51,217 nt of DNA from Candidatus Dadabacteria bacterium (GTDB lineage Bacteria > Desulfobacterota_D > UBA1144 > Nemesobacterales > CSP1-2). Position numbers and translations under genes: made by a program. Under the pieces are notes generated by a model. It saw nothing but the letters and a program-made list of their open reading frames with translations, ran no database searches and had not been told where the DNA came from. The first letter of the stretch is position 1. Each line of letters starts with the position of its first letter. The stretch lies in the NCBI GenBank assembly GCA_040289575.1, contig PSLL01000004.1:50002-101218 (forward strand), read 5' to 3'. This document shows, piece after piece, positions 39,227 to 48,855 of this stretch.

Positions 39227-39502
39227 GAAAAAGTTTCCGGTTAAATACCTTTAACAGGATATGCTTTTTAGAAACCATCTAATAATAAATTCGAGCGCAA
39301 GAAGTACTGTTAAGAAGGGTGCGCCGTCATTATTTGCAGTAGCCCGTATTTATTAGTTTCTTCATTATTCCCAGATTATTGTGATATATACTAAGCGAGA
39401 TTGTAAATTCGCTCAGACTGAAACCTATACCGACCCTATCAGTTTAAATACCTGAAAGGGTCAAAATACCAAACTAGTCTTTCAAATAAGGAGATTAAAA
39501 AG

Positions 39503-40822
39503 ATGAAAAAGAAACTCATAATGATTGGCTTGGCATTGGCGATGCTTTTTAGCATTGAATATGCAAGGCAAGTTCAAGCCCACACGACAGTTAGCTTCAA
39601 TCTGTTTTTCGATGCCCTTGCCCCCTATGGCAACTGGGTATCAACGCCGGACTACGGATATGTATGGTCTCCCACTGATGTGGGACCTGATTGGGAGCCT
39701 TACACTAACGGATACTGGGTCTGGACAGATTACGGATGGACATGGGTCTCTTATGAGCCTTGGGGCTGGGCCCCGTTTCACTATGGAAGATGGGTATATA
39801 CCGATTATTATGGATGGGTCTGGATACCCGGTACTGTTTGGGCACCTGCATGGGTTACATGGTATAAAAGCCCTGACTACATAGGATGGGCACCCCTTCC
39901 ACCCGACGAGCGATTCTCGCTCGAAGTAGGCATAAGTTTTTCCAACCGTAATTACTATGTACCATACAGGGATGTTGTGTTTGTTCCTTCGCACGCTTTC
40001 CTAAGTACTCACATTCGTAATGTAATCGTTCCGCGATCGAGAAATATTACTATTATCAGAAACACGAAAGTCATAAACAACATAACAATTCAAAATAACA
40101 GGGTTATAAATCGGGGCCCTGATGTGAATTTTGTTGAGAGAGCTACAAGAGCAAGGATTCAAAAGGTGAATCTGGTTGATAGAGATGTAGACCAGCGTAC
40201 GGTTATCAGAGGCGGTAAAATTAACCAAATAAAAGGAAAGGACTTTTATGTATACCGTCCCGATGTGATTAGGAAGGGAAATGAAGCACCCGTAATTAAA
40301 AAGAATGTTGAAAAAAATACTATCCAAAACAGAAACAGAAATGTAGAAATCGAGAATAAAAACAGGAAAAATGTAGAAATCCGAAACGAGGGCTACCTCA
40401 CACCTAATCAAGGGCATACGGTATTTAATAGGGATGCCGAAAACAACCCTATGAAAATCAAGAATAAAAATAAAGAAGTCTACAACCCAAATGAAAAAAA
40501 GATTAAGAAACAGGAAAGAATTGAAAACCGGAATAACCCTCAGAACCCGAAGCCGCATCAACAGTACCCAATGAGACGGGATGATAATAATAGAAAAGGG
40601 AATCCTTTTGTAATGCAAGATACCTTTAAATCCCACAGCCCTGTTATACGTCCAGAAAACCGCCAGCCGGTATATAGAAATACCGAGAAAGAGGCTCCAC
40701 ATTATCAATTTAATTCGGACATTAAAGGACAGAAGTTCCAGAAGAAGGACTTTGGACAGCACCCAAACAACAGAAACCTGGATTCACGCCGAAACCATAA
40801 GCAAATCGATCGGAACGGTTAA
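39503..40822 (+). CDS. Exported Trp/Tyr/Pro-rich repeat protein (DUF6600-like) with disordered tail
   Basis: Signal peptide; LAPYGNW, WEPYTNGYW, PWGWAPFHYGRW, WAPAWVTW, GWAPLPP; N/K/R-rich C-terminus. Confidence 0.85.
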   Translation: MKKKLIMIGLALAMLFSIEYARQVQAHTTVSFNLFFDALAPYGNWVSTPDYGYVWSPTDVGPDWEPYTNGYWVWTDYGWTWVSYEPWGWAPFHYGRWVYTDYYGWVWIPGTVWAPAWVTWYKSPDYIGWAPLPPDERFSLEVGISFSNRNYYVPYRDVVFVPSHAFLSTHIRNVIVPRSRNITIIRNTKVINNITIQNNRVINRGPDVNFVERATRARIQKVNLVDRDVDQRTVIRGGKINQIKGKDFYVYRPDVIRKGNEAPVIKKNVEKNTIQNRNRNVEIENKNRKNVEIRNEGYLTPNQGHTVFNRDAENNPMKIKNKNKEVYNPNEKKIKKQERIENRNNPQNPKPHQQYPMRRDDNNRKGNPFVMQDTFKSHSPVIRPENRQPVYRNTEKEAPHYQFNSDIKGQKFQKKDFGQHPNNRNLDSRRNHKQIDRNG

Positions 40823-40842
40823 TCCAATAAATAACCAGAGAT

Positions 40843-40882
40843 AAAAAAGGGGAAGTACCTTGCACGGTACTTCCCCTTTTTT
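40843..40882. terminator. Bidirectional intrinsic terminator
   Basis: AAAAAAGGGGAAGTACC-TTGCAC-GGTACTTCCCCTTTTTT. Confidence 0.85.
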
Positions 40883-40928
40883 ATAGAACGCCCTTATAAT
40901 CCCCCATATACCCCAGGCTATATAAGAT

Positions 40929-42530
40929 TTGTTTATTACAAATCCATTTGGTAAAGTAGTTAGTTTTACTGGCCCTAACAGGAGCACAAAAGTCATATCC
41001 AACAAAGATCAAATAGCTATCTTACTTATACCTATCACTTTATTGGGAATATTTCTCCGACTCTACAGGCTCGGCTCAAATAGCCTATGGTTTGATGAAG
41101 CCGTGAGTGTTTGGTTTGCCAACCGCTCCTTAAGAGACGTGCTCTTGATGCAGCCAAGTGGGGATGTTCATCCGCCTCTCTATTACTTGATTCTCAACCT
41201 ATGGATAAAGGTCTTTGGAATCAGGGAGTTTCAAGTGAGGCTCATTCCGGCCATCTTCGGGATTGCAAGTATCCCTTTGCTCTATATCGTTGTAAGAACC
41301 CTATTTAGAAATCCATCGGTGGCTTTAGTTTCAGCACTTATTCTTTGCATATCTCCATTTCATGTCTACTATTCACAAGAATCGAGAATGTATAGCCCTC
41401 TTACATTCTTTGTTCTTCTATCAATTCTCTTTATGGCTAAGATGCTCTCTATAGACAATCAAAAGGAGGTAGGAAAGAGTCCGTTTCTTTACTTTATCGG
41501 CTATGTCCTCTCTACGGCAGCGGCTCTCTATTGCCACAATATTGCACTATTTCTGCCCGTAGCCCAAAATCTCTTTTTTATATTTTTTTGGAGGAGATAT
41601 AAGTCCCTGTTAAAATTTTGGATACCGTCTGTATTGATAATCCTGATTCTGTGGACTCCATGGATCTCTTTTTTCTTCAAACAAACCTCAATGGTGCACA
41701 AAGATTTCTATGCCCCTCGGATCACATGGGGGAGCATAGCCGACGTTTTCGCCACTTTTGATAACGGCCCTGCTTTTTGGTTATTTAATTGGATGGGAAT
41801 AGACCATTTAAATCTCATCCGAGGAAGGTTGGTTCTATTAACCCTTATCTTATTCGGTACTCTATTTTTAATCGGGGTTATTTCTGCGCGCCATAATCCT
41901 CAGCCTTTTGTGTTTCTTTTGCTTACCCTCTTTGTTCCGATAGGAGCCGAGGTTTTAATAAGTTTAAAGCGCCCTATTCTCACCACACAAACCCTTATAT
42001 GGGCTTCCGTGCCCTATTATGTTTTAATCGCAAATGGAATTGTTGCATTAAGAAACAGATGGACGGTTGGTATGGGAATCGTTTTAATTACCATATTTAG
42101 CTCCTCTGCCCTTTATAAATACTACGCCGATTTTGAGAAAGAGCGCTGGGACCTTGCCGCCCATTACGTTGCCAAAAACCTAGACAAGAATGATCTGATT
42201 CTCTTTAATTCGGGCTTTGGACAGATTCCATTTGATTATTATTTTGATAGATATCATAAGCTAAATACAGAAGAGCACGGCGTTCCGAAAGACCTCAGCG
42301 AGAAAAGAATGGATTTAGAGAGCTTGCCCGAACTGAAAAAGTCAATACAGGGTTATAAAAGAGTATGGCTTATATACAGCCATGAAGAATTTACAGATCC
42401 TCAAAGGCTCTCTAAGGCAACCCTCGAGAAGAGTTATTGCATCTCCAATCAGAAGGATTTCAAGAGCAGCCAAAACAAAATTATATGTTACTTATTTGAG
42501 AGATGTGATAAGGATTGTTTAAATGAATGA
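40929..42530 (+). CDS. GT-C fold glycosyltransferase (PMT/GT39/ArnT-like)
   Basis: SLWFDEA, DVHPPLYY, YSQESRMY, many TMs; start uncertain. Confidence 0.88.
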   Translation: MFITNPFGKVVSFTGPNRSTKVISNKDQIAILLIPITLLGIFLRLYRLGSNSLWFDEAVSVWFANRSLRDVLLMQPSGDVHPPLYYLILNLWIKVFGIREFQVRLIPAIFGIASIPLLYIVVRTLFRNPSVALVSALILCISPFHVYYSQESRMYSPLTFFVLLSILFMAKMLSIDNQKEVGKSPFLYFIGYVLSTAAALYCHNIALFLPVAQNLFFIFFWRRYKSLLKFWIPSVLIILILWTPWISFFFKQTSMVHKDFYAPRITWGSIADVFATFDNGPAFWLFNWMGIDHLNLIRGRLVLLTLILFGTLFLIGVISARHNPQPFVFLLLTLFVPIGAEVLISLKRPILTTQTLIWASVPYYVLIANGIVALRNRWTVGMGIVLITIFSSSALYKYYADFEKERWDLAAHYVAKNLDKNDLILFNSGFGQIPFDYYFDRYHKLNTEEHGVPKDLSEKRMDLESLPELKKSIQGYKRVWLIYSHEEFTDPQRLSKATLEKSYCISNQKDFKSSQNKIICYLFERCDKDCLNE

Positions 42531-42900
42531 AGAACCTCGGGAGAAAAAAGAAATTCATACAATCAACCTGGATGAATTTCTTGCTGCATCATTTGTAAGT
42601 AGAGAAAAACCGCTAAGGATTGAAATCTGTAAAGAGGGAACCCAAGGCTATATATCGGTCCTAGTATCTACAGCCGAAGAAGATATAGAGGAGGATGGTA
42701 TAGATTTCGAATTGTCTCCGTGTGAGTGCCTAGATTTTGACAATATGCAGGTTTCAGATTTTCTTAAAAAGCCCGTTTTTACGAGCTCTGCCTATGAGTT
42801 TTTCGACTTTATGTTTATGTTCTTCACCTCTCTTGAGTGCATTGTGGATTTTACAGGAAACACATGGAAGGTAAGGGTCTTAAGAACCAATAAGATTTAG
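42523..42900 (+). CDS. Hypothetical acidic protein
   Basis: 125-aa ORF overlapping the upstream stop. Confidence 0.65.
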   Translation: MNEEPREKKEIHTINLDEFLAASFVSREKPLRIEICKEGTQGYISVLVSTAEEDIEEDGIDFELSPCECLDFDNMQVSDFLKKPVFTSSAYEFFDFMFMFFTSLECIVDFTGNTWKVRVLRTNKI

Positions 42901-43002
42901 ATTATCCTGAAATATATTACGTTCATCTCGCAGTATCCATACCAACCGGTTTGTTTCTTGATTTTTCAATATTCATAGAAGGTTACAAAAGAGAATCATG
43001 AA

Positions 43003-43095
43003 AAATTAGAAGGGGAACCCTACTTAGGAGTTCCCCACTTTCTTAAAGGAGGATGGAGGATGACATTAAAGTTAAGTTGTTTTATTAACTTATAA
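43003..43095 (-). ncRNA. Candidate small RNA with tandem anti-SD (CCUCC) motifs
   Basis: TTGACA-N17-TATTTT upstream, CCTCCATCCTCCTTT core, GGGGAAC..GTTCCCC hairpin with T-rich tail. Confidence 0.4.
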
Positions 43096-43235
43096 TATAA
43101 AAATAAAGCCATTTACTTTAAATGTCAAGGGGTAAATTCAAAATAATCGAAATTTTGGCTTCTACCCAATCTCAGATATAATATTCAGCCAGCCCAAAAG
43201 TACTAGGTCAATCAACTAGGAGGAGAAGAAAAGAG

Positions 43236-43559
43236 ATGAAAGTAAAAGATCTTGATAAGATAGTAGAAGCGTGGAAAAGCCACATTTTGGTGGATGCCCT
43301 TTGGGGCTACTCTCTAGAGATTGACGAGGATGTACCCAGGGAATTTGCGGCAATAGCTCTCTACCTGGACTCATTAACTGTTCGAGCGGCAGGTGAGACC
43401 ACTGAGTTTTACGATGGCTATAGAAAGGCCTCAAAGGATGTTTTAGAGCTAATCGGTGTCGAGATGATACAGGATGATGAGATGAAAACAATTCTCATAA
43501 AGCGGAAAATTACCGAAGAAGACAAGCAAGAGATATTAAAACAGTATATCTGGGGGTAA
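43236..43559 (+). CDS. Hypothetical protein
   Basis: AGGAGGAG RBS; 107-aa ORF with globular composition. Confidence 0.75.
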   Translation: MKVKDLDKIVEAWKSHILVDALWGYSLEIDEDVPREFAAIALYLDSLTVRAAGETTEFYDGYRKASKDVLELIGVEMIQDDEMKTILIKRKITEEDKQEILKQYIWG

Positions 43560-43591
43560 CTTCTGAGGTTAATCGCTACATTCCTACTTAG

Positions 43592-44386
43592 ATGAAAATT
43601 GCCGATTTATTTGACCACTTTTTAATTGACCTAGATGGCGTGGTCTATGTCGGAGATAAACCAACTGCCGGGGCTAAAGAAACCATTGCAACCCTAAGAG
43701 CAATGGGAAAGAGTGTGGTTTTTCTTACGAATGACCCAAGAAGCTCATCCGGCGAATACGCAGAAAGGCTAAAGTCTATGAGCATCCATGCAACCCCAAA
43801 TGACGTAATAACATCGGGGATGGCAATTGCCCTCTACATTAAAGAACACTATGGACCGGATTGCGGCAAAGCATATGTTGTCGGAAGCCCCGCGCTTAAA
43901 GAAGAGATCAAAAAGGTTGGGCTCAAGCTTGCCGACGGTGAGGAATCCAAAAAAGCAAACTTTGTTATAGTCGGCGGACATCCGGAATTCAATTATGAGG
44001 AAATGAAACTCGCCACAATCGCAATAAGGGGCGGCGCCCACTTCTTCGGAACAAACCGTGATCCGCTCTTTCCCACACCCGAAGGGCTAGTTCCCGCAAC
44101 GGGAGCAATAGTGGCATCAATCGAATTTGCTTCAGGGAAAAAGGCAATTACAGCCGGGAAACCAGAGCCCATAATGTTTGATGTGGCAAAGAGGCTCCTT
44201 TCATCTCAAGAGAGAATCGCAATTATAGGAGACAGGCTCGACACAGATATTGCGGGAGGCAAACGCGCAGGGATTGCCACGATACTCGCCCTCTCGGGCT
44301 CTACAGATAGAGATGAACTCTCTCGAGCTGACATTATCCCCGATTACGTTATTGATGATCTGAGGGATTTGCTAATGGAAATGTAA
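43592..44386 (+). CDS. HAD-IIA hydrolase (NagD-like)
   Basis: DLDGVVY, FLTN, GKPEP, IGDRLDTDI. Confidence 0.93.
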   Translation: MKIADLFDHFLIDLDGVVYVGDKPTAGAKETIATLRAMGKSVVFLTNDPRSSSGEYAERLKSMSIHATPNDVITSGMAIALYIKEHYGPDCGKAYVVGSPALKEEIKKVGLKLADGEESKKANFVIVGGHPEFNYEEMKLATIAIRGGAHFFGTNRDPLFPTPEGLVPATGAIVASIEFASGKKAITAGKPEPIMFDVAKRLLSSQERIAIIGDRLDTDIAGGKRAGIATILALSGSTDRDELSRADIIPDYVIDDLRDLLMEM

Positions 44387-44441
44387 TAAAAGACTTTTTG
44401 GCTAAAATTATTTTAATCTCAGGACTCAAAAGGGGATAACA

Positions 44442-45245
44442 ATGCCTAGAATAAAAATCAATGGTATCAGCCTTAATTACGAGCTTAATGGTAGTGGATC
44501 AACAGTTATGCTTATAAACGGCCTGACTATGGACGTAAACGGGTGGTATTTGCAGGTCCAGCCCTTTTCAGAAAGGTATACAGTTTTAAGATACGACTGT
44601 CGGGGTCAGGGACAGTCTGACAAACCTGATACAGAATATTCCCAGGAAATGCACGCAGACGATTTAAAGGGATTAATGGATAAGATTGGGATACAAAAAG
44701 CCCATTTGGTTGGCATCTCAAACGGCGGTATGATAGCCCAGCACTTCACACTAAAGTACCCGGAGAGAGTCGGTGCTTTGGTTCTCGTTGATACATGCAG
44801 CCACATAGACACCCTCCTTGAGATGATAATAAAGGTTTGGATAAGGGCAACAGAGATTGGAGGGAGTGAATTTAGATATGATGTATCCCTTCCGGTCCTC
44901 TTCGCAGAGAGTTTTATAAAGAAAAATTTGGAAGTCATATTATCTATGAAAGAAATCAGTGTAAAAAACAATCCTCCAAAACCCATCATAAACCTGGCAA
45001 AGAGCTGTCTCAAACATAACGTTGATGACCGAATCCGAGAGATTAAATCTCCGACGCTTATTATTGTAGGCGAGGAGGATATCCTCATTCCCATTAAGTA
45101 CTCAAAAATACTGAATGAAAAGATTGAAGGCTCAAGGCTCGTCGTTATAAAAGATTGTGGCCATGTGCCCATACTCGAAAAGCCGGAGGAATTCAATAGG
45201 ATTGTGCTGGATTTTTTAAAAGACCATGACGGACTCCTCGTATAA
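44442..45245 (+). CDS. Alpha/beta hydrolase (3-oxoadipate enol-lactonase-like)
   Basis: YDCRGQGQS, GISNGG, GEED, CGH. Confidence 0.9.
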   Translation: MPRIKINGISLNYELNGSGSTVMLINGLTMDVNGWYLQVQPFSERYTVLRYDCRGQGQSDKPDTEYSQEMHADDLKGLMDKIGIQKAHLVGISNGGMIAQHFTLKYPERVGALVLVDTCSHIDTLLEMIIKVWIRATEIGGSEFRYDVSLPVLFAESFIKKNLEVILSMKEISVKNNPPKPIINLAKSCLKHNVDDRIREIKSPTLIIVGEEDILIPIKYSKILNEKIEGSRLVVIKDCGHVPILEKPEEFNRIVLDFLKDHDGLLV

Positions 45246-45524
45246 GTTTTTACACTGGAAACTTGCTTTAATATCATATAATTTAATGGATATGCTTTGT
45301 TGCAAACATCGTCTCTTAGGGGTTGCTTGCTCAATATTAATTCTATGGATAGGCATCGTTGTATTGTAGGGACTGATGCCCTCATCAGCCATAATTATCA
45401 TTTGGTGAAAGAGCCCTACATTTTGGTATAGAATCTAAAGAGGTTAGAAAATCCCATCTATCGTGTTATATATGATCTTTACAACAGAGCATAAGGGATA
45501 AATAAAACAAAAAGGAGATTCTAA

Positions 45525-46571
45525 ATGAAAGCGGCGACTTATCATGGTCCAAGAGACATAAGGGTTGAAACGGTTCCTGACCCTAAGATTCAAGACCCGA
45601 ATGATGTAATTCTCAAGATTACAAAGAGCGCAATCTGCGGCTCCGACCTACACTTTTATCGCGGTCACGTGACTATAGATGATGGATTCATAGTAGGACA
45701 TGAATTTATGGGGATTATAGAAGATATTGGGAAGGGTGTAAAACTATTTAAGAAGGGTGACAGGGTAGTAGCCCCCTTCTGGGTAAGCTGCGGGGTTTGC
45801 ACAAGCTGCCGAAATCAGGTTCCGACATCGTGCACGGGAGGCGGCGGATGCTTTGGCTTTGGAAATGCCTTTGGAGGATTCGCTGGCGGTCAAGCTGAAT
45901 ATGTAAGGGTTCCATTTGCGGATAGCACACTTGAGAGGGTTCCAGAAGGGATTGAAGACAATAGAGCTTTATTTCTCGGAGATATACTCTCGACGGGCTA
46001 TTTCTGTGCTGAATGGGCGAATATAAAGCCAGGAGATACAGTCGCCGTATTTGGCGATGGCCCGCTCGGGCTCCTTGCTACAGCCTCTGCAAGGCTTTTT
46101 GGGCCATCCCAGATAATAACAATCGGGAGGCATGACTTTCGACTCAATGTGGCAAAAAGGATGGGAGCCGATGTTACTATAAACTCGAATAAAGAAAACC
46201 CGATTGAAAAAATATTTGATATGACAGATGGAAAAGGCGTGGATAGAACCTTAGAGTGCATAGGTTCTGAAAGAGCACTCCTTGATTCTATTAAAATAAC
46301 AAGACCTGCAGGAACGATTTCATTTATTGGGTTCTTTGCTCAGCCTATAGCGATTCCGATGTTGGATTTCTATCTAAAGGATCTTACTCTAAGAGGAGGT
46401 GTCTGCCCTGCGAAGAACTATATACTAAAACTCATGCCTCTTGTTGAGAAAGGAAAACTCGATCCGACTGCTGTAATTACGCACGATCTCAGGTTAAGTG
46501 ATACACCAAATGGATATAGGCTCATGGATAGCAAAGATGAGAATACAATAAAGGTCGTGCTTACACCATAA
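45525..46571 (+). CDS. Zinc-dependent alcohol/aldehyde dehydrogenase (MDR family)
   Basis: ICGSDLH, GHEFMG, CGVCTSC..C, DILSTG, VFGDGPLG. Confidence 0.93.
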   Translation: MKAATYHGPRDIRVETVPDPKIQDPNDVILKITKSAICGSDLHFYRGHVTIDDGFIVGHEFMGIIEDIGKGVKLFKKGDRVVAPFWVSCGVCTSCRNQVPTSCTGGGGCFGFGNAFGGFAGGQAEYVRVPFADSTLERVPEGIEDNRALFLGDILSTGYFCAEWANIKPGDTVAVFGDGPLGLLATASARLFGPSQIITIGRHDFRLNVAKRMGADVTINSNKENPIEKIFDMTDGKGVDRTLECIGSERALLDSIKITRPAGTISFIGFFAQPIAIPMLDFYLKDLTLRGGVCPAKNYILKLMPLVEKGKLDPTAVITHDLRLSDTPNGYRLMDSKDENTIKVVLTP

Positions 46572-46577
46572 AGACAA

Positions 46578-46787
46578 CTATCCCCAGATAAATATCTTCT
46601 TTGCGGATACGTCAAAACGGACTTTGCGGCCGGCGCACTCAGGATAGAGCTTGTATATTTTATCGATCATCTCTCTATCCAACTGCGCAACCTTGCCCCT
46701 ATCATTAGCAAGCACAGCTTTCTGTATGGACTTTTGCAAATCCCATAAGACTCCATAGTCTTCTTCTCTAACGGGTATGGGATTCAT
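46578..46787 (-). CDS. Hypothetical 69-aa protein
   Basis: AAGGAGG RBS; converges on the dehydrogenase gene. Confidence 0.65.
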   Translation of the reverse strand: MNPIPVREEDYGVLWDLQKSIQKAVLANDRGKVAQLDREMIDKIYKLYPECAGRKVRFDVSAKKIFIWG

Positions 46788-47019
46788 TATCTATTCCTCC
46801 TTATATTGGAGCCAAATTCCTGACATTAGGGGTTATTTTAAATAATTTTATCCCTATTGCCAATTAAATCCACTTGTGTCCATAAGAGCAATTAGGATTA
46901 ACTCAATTGAAAGATAAACAGCTTTGGAGAAAAAACTCACTTAATATGGATATTCTTTATGTGATAATCGGGTAAAATTTCATCCGTGAAATTAATCTAA
47001 GGAAGAAACATAACAGTCA

Positions 47020-47952
47020 ATGCGAATCCTGGTGATAAGACGGGGGGCAATCGGGGATACTGTTGTTACACTACCCACACTCGAGATTTTGAGAGAAAAC
47101 TATCCGGATGCCTACATAGAGGCTATAGGCAACTGTGAATATTGGGAGATAGCACACAATAGATATTACATAGATGCCGTCTCAAGTGGAGAAACTCGGT
47201 TCCTACATGAAATTTATTTAAGAGATGGGCAATACAGCAAAGAGACTATTGACTATTTTTTTTCATTTGATCTAATCTTCGCATATGTAAGTGATCCCGA
47301 AGGAATCGTCTTTGAGAATTTAACGAAAATCGGTGCAAAGAGGATCATTATCTACCCCCCTTTTCCCAGAGGAGAGAGCCATCATGCAGCTGATTACACA
47401 GCCCTTATTCTTCGAAAAATAGGCATCAATGTTAATCCTCCACTATTTCCTAAGATCCATCTAAGTAGAGAAGACCTCAACTTTTCATCTCAATTTCTTT
47501 TCCCTTTTATGGAATATCAACCCCTGGTGGCAATACACCCAAGAACCTTTGGTCCTAAAGGATGGGCGATCGAGAGGTTTATTAACATAGCGACGTGGAT
47601 TGAAAACACACTCAATGGAAAATCAATTTGGATAATAGGTCCGGCAGAAGAGGAAAATATAACCCTAATCAAATCAAATCTTCCTTCTTCCCCTGTTCTT
47701 CAATTCTACTCTCTTCCCAAGATTGCCGCTGTTCTCAGATCCTCCCATCTCTATTTTGGCTGCGATACGGGAATTTCTCATCTTGCCGCCGCGGCCGGAG
47801 CGCGTGTTCTTGCACTCTTTGGCCCCACAAATCCTCGGGTCTGGTGCCCAAGGGGAGAAAATGTCTGGATTATAAAGGCGGATGAAATGTCTAAAATTCA
47901 AGAGGATAAAGTGAAAGGCACTATTATTAACACATTACGAGCAATGATATAG
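47020..47952 (+). CDS. Glycosyltransferase family 9 (LPS heptosyltransferase-like)
   Basis: ILVIRRGAIGD, DTGISHLAAA, ALFGPT. Confidence 0.92.
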   Translation: MRILVIRRGAIGDTVVTLPTLEILRENYPDAYIEAIGNCEYWEIAHNRYYIDAVSSGETRFLHEIYLRDGQYSKETIDYFFSFDLIFAYVSDPEGIVFENLTKIGAKRIIIYPPFPRGESHHAADYTALILRKIGINVNPPLFPKIHLSREDLNFSSQFLFPFMEYQPLVAIHPRTFGPKGWAIERFINIATWIENTLNGKSIWIIGPAEEENITLIKSNLPSSPVLQFYSLPKIAAVLRSSHLYFGCDTGISHLAAAAGARVLALFGPTNPRVWCPRGENVWIIKADEMSKIQEDKVKGTIINTLRAMI

Positions 47953-48089
47953 GATATAAAGTAATTCAGTAGTGAAAAGCCGAATCGGGTTATGTCTCAC
48001 AACCCCCTGAGTATATGGCTTTAGTAACTGTCTGGCTTCAAAAGTTTTTTGATTCTCTCTGTACATTATAAAATTCTAAGATAAATACA

Positions 48090-48855
48090 ATGATTCCTTA
48101 TATAGATAAGGCAATTGATTTAGTTAAAGAACTCAAGCTAACAACAAACCATCACCCCTGGGAGATTCAGCATGGTATTTTAGCAAACGGAATTGAATAC
48201 AAAATCTCCGACCCATGGGATAACGAGATTAATGCCTTGGATTTTCTCCTACGCGGAACAAATGTAGAATGGTATCCAATTCCTGGAGGCATTGTTCGAG
48301 AGGATGAAAATGGCTATCCGTATTTTATAGAGAAAGAGAGAGGGTTAGAAGCCGATATTCATCTAAATCTCTTTCTTGGGGAATTCTCAACTATTGATGT
48401 AGACCTAGATTCAAATACCGTTTTAACCAATCTGGTAAATGAATATCCACTTAGAAAAGCTTTGGAGAGGGCCATGCTTTATACCTTTCCTTCTGAGTGG
48501 AAAGAAGATAAAGAAGAGCCTACTTGGATGATTACTGCTTTTAGCAGGTATCTACCCTCAGGGGTTATGGAAAAATATTAAAGGGGAAGAAGTCGGTCTT
48601 AAGGATATAGTGGCATATGCTAATGAACTGGAAATAGGATTTGGTTCATGTATGGGAACGCACGTTATGGAAGGTTTAGCAACTGCTATAATAAATTATA
48701 TGAAAAAGACTGGCCTCTCTCCCGATGAGTTTCGAAGCCCCTGGCACCAAGCACATCAGAAGCTTGAGCTGGCCATTTCTCTTGTAAGAGAGCATCAGCG
48801 AAAAGACGGCTCCATTCCCCGCCTGTGGTTTAAATCGGATCCGATGCCTAGGAAT
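48090..48855 (+). pseudogene. Alpha-helical hypothetical protein, frameshifted and C-terminally deleted
   Basis: HPWEIQHGILANG, EPTW, WKNIKGE, CMGTH, QRKDGS..WF. An extra G at 48561-48564 splits it. Confidence 0.55.

Noticed and set aside
40001..40762. 253-aa hydrophobic minus-strand ORF
   Set aside because: Antisense to the A-rich low-complexity tail of the DUF6600-like gene.
44606..45385. 259-aa minus-strand ORF
   Set aside because: Antisense shadow of the alpha/beta hydrolase; no motifs.
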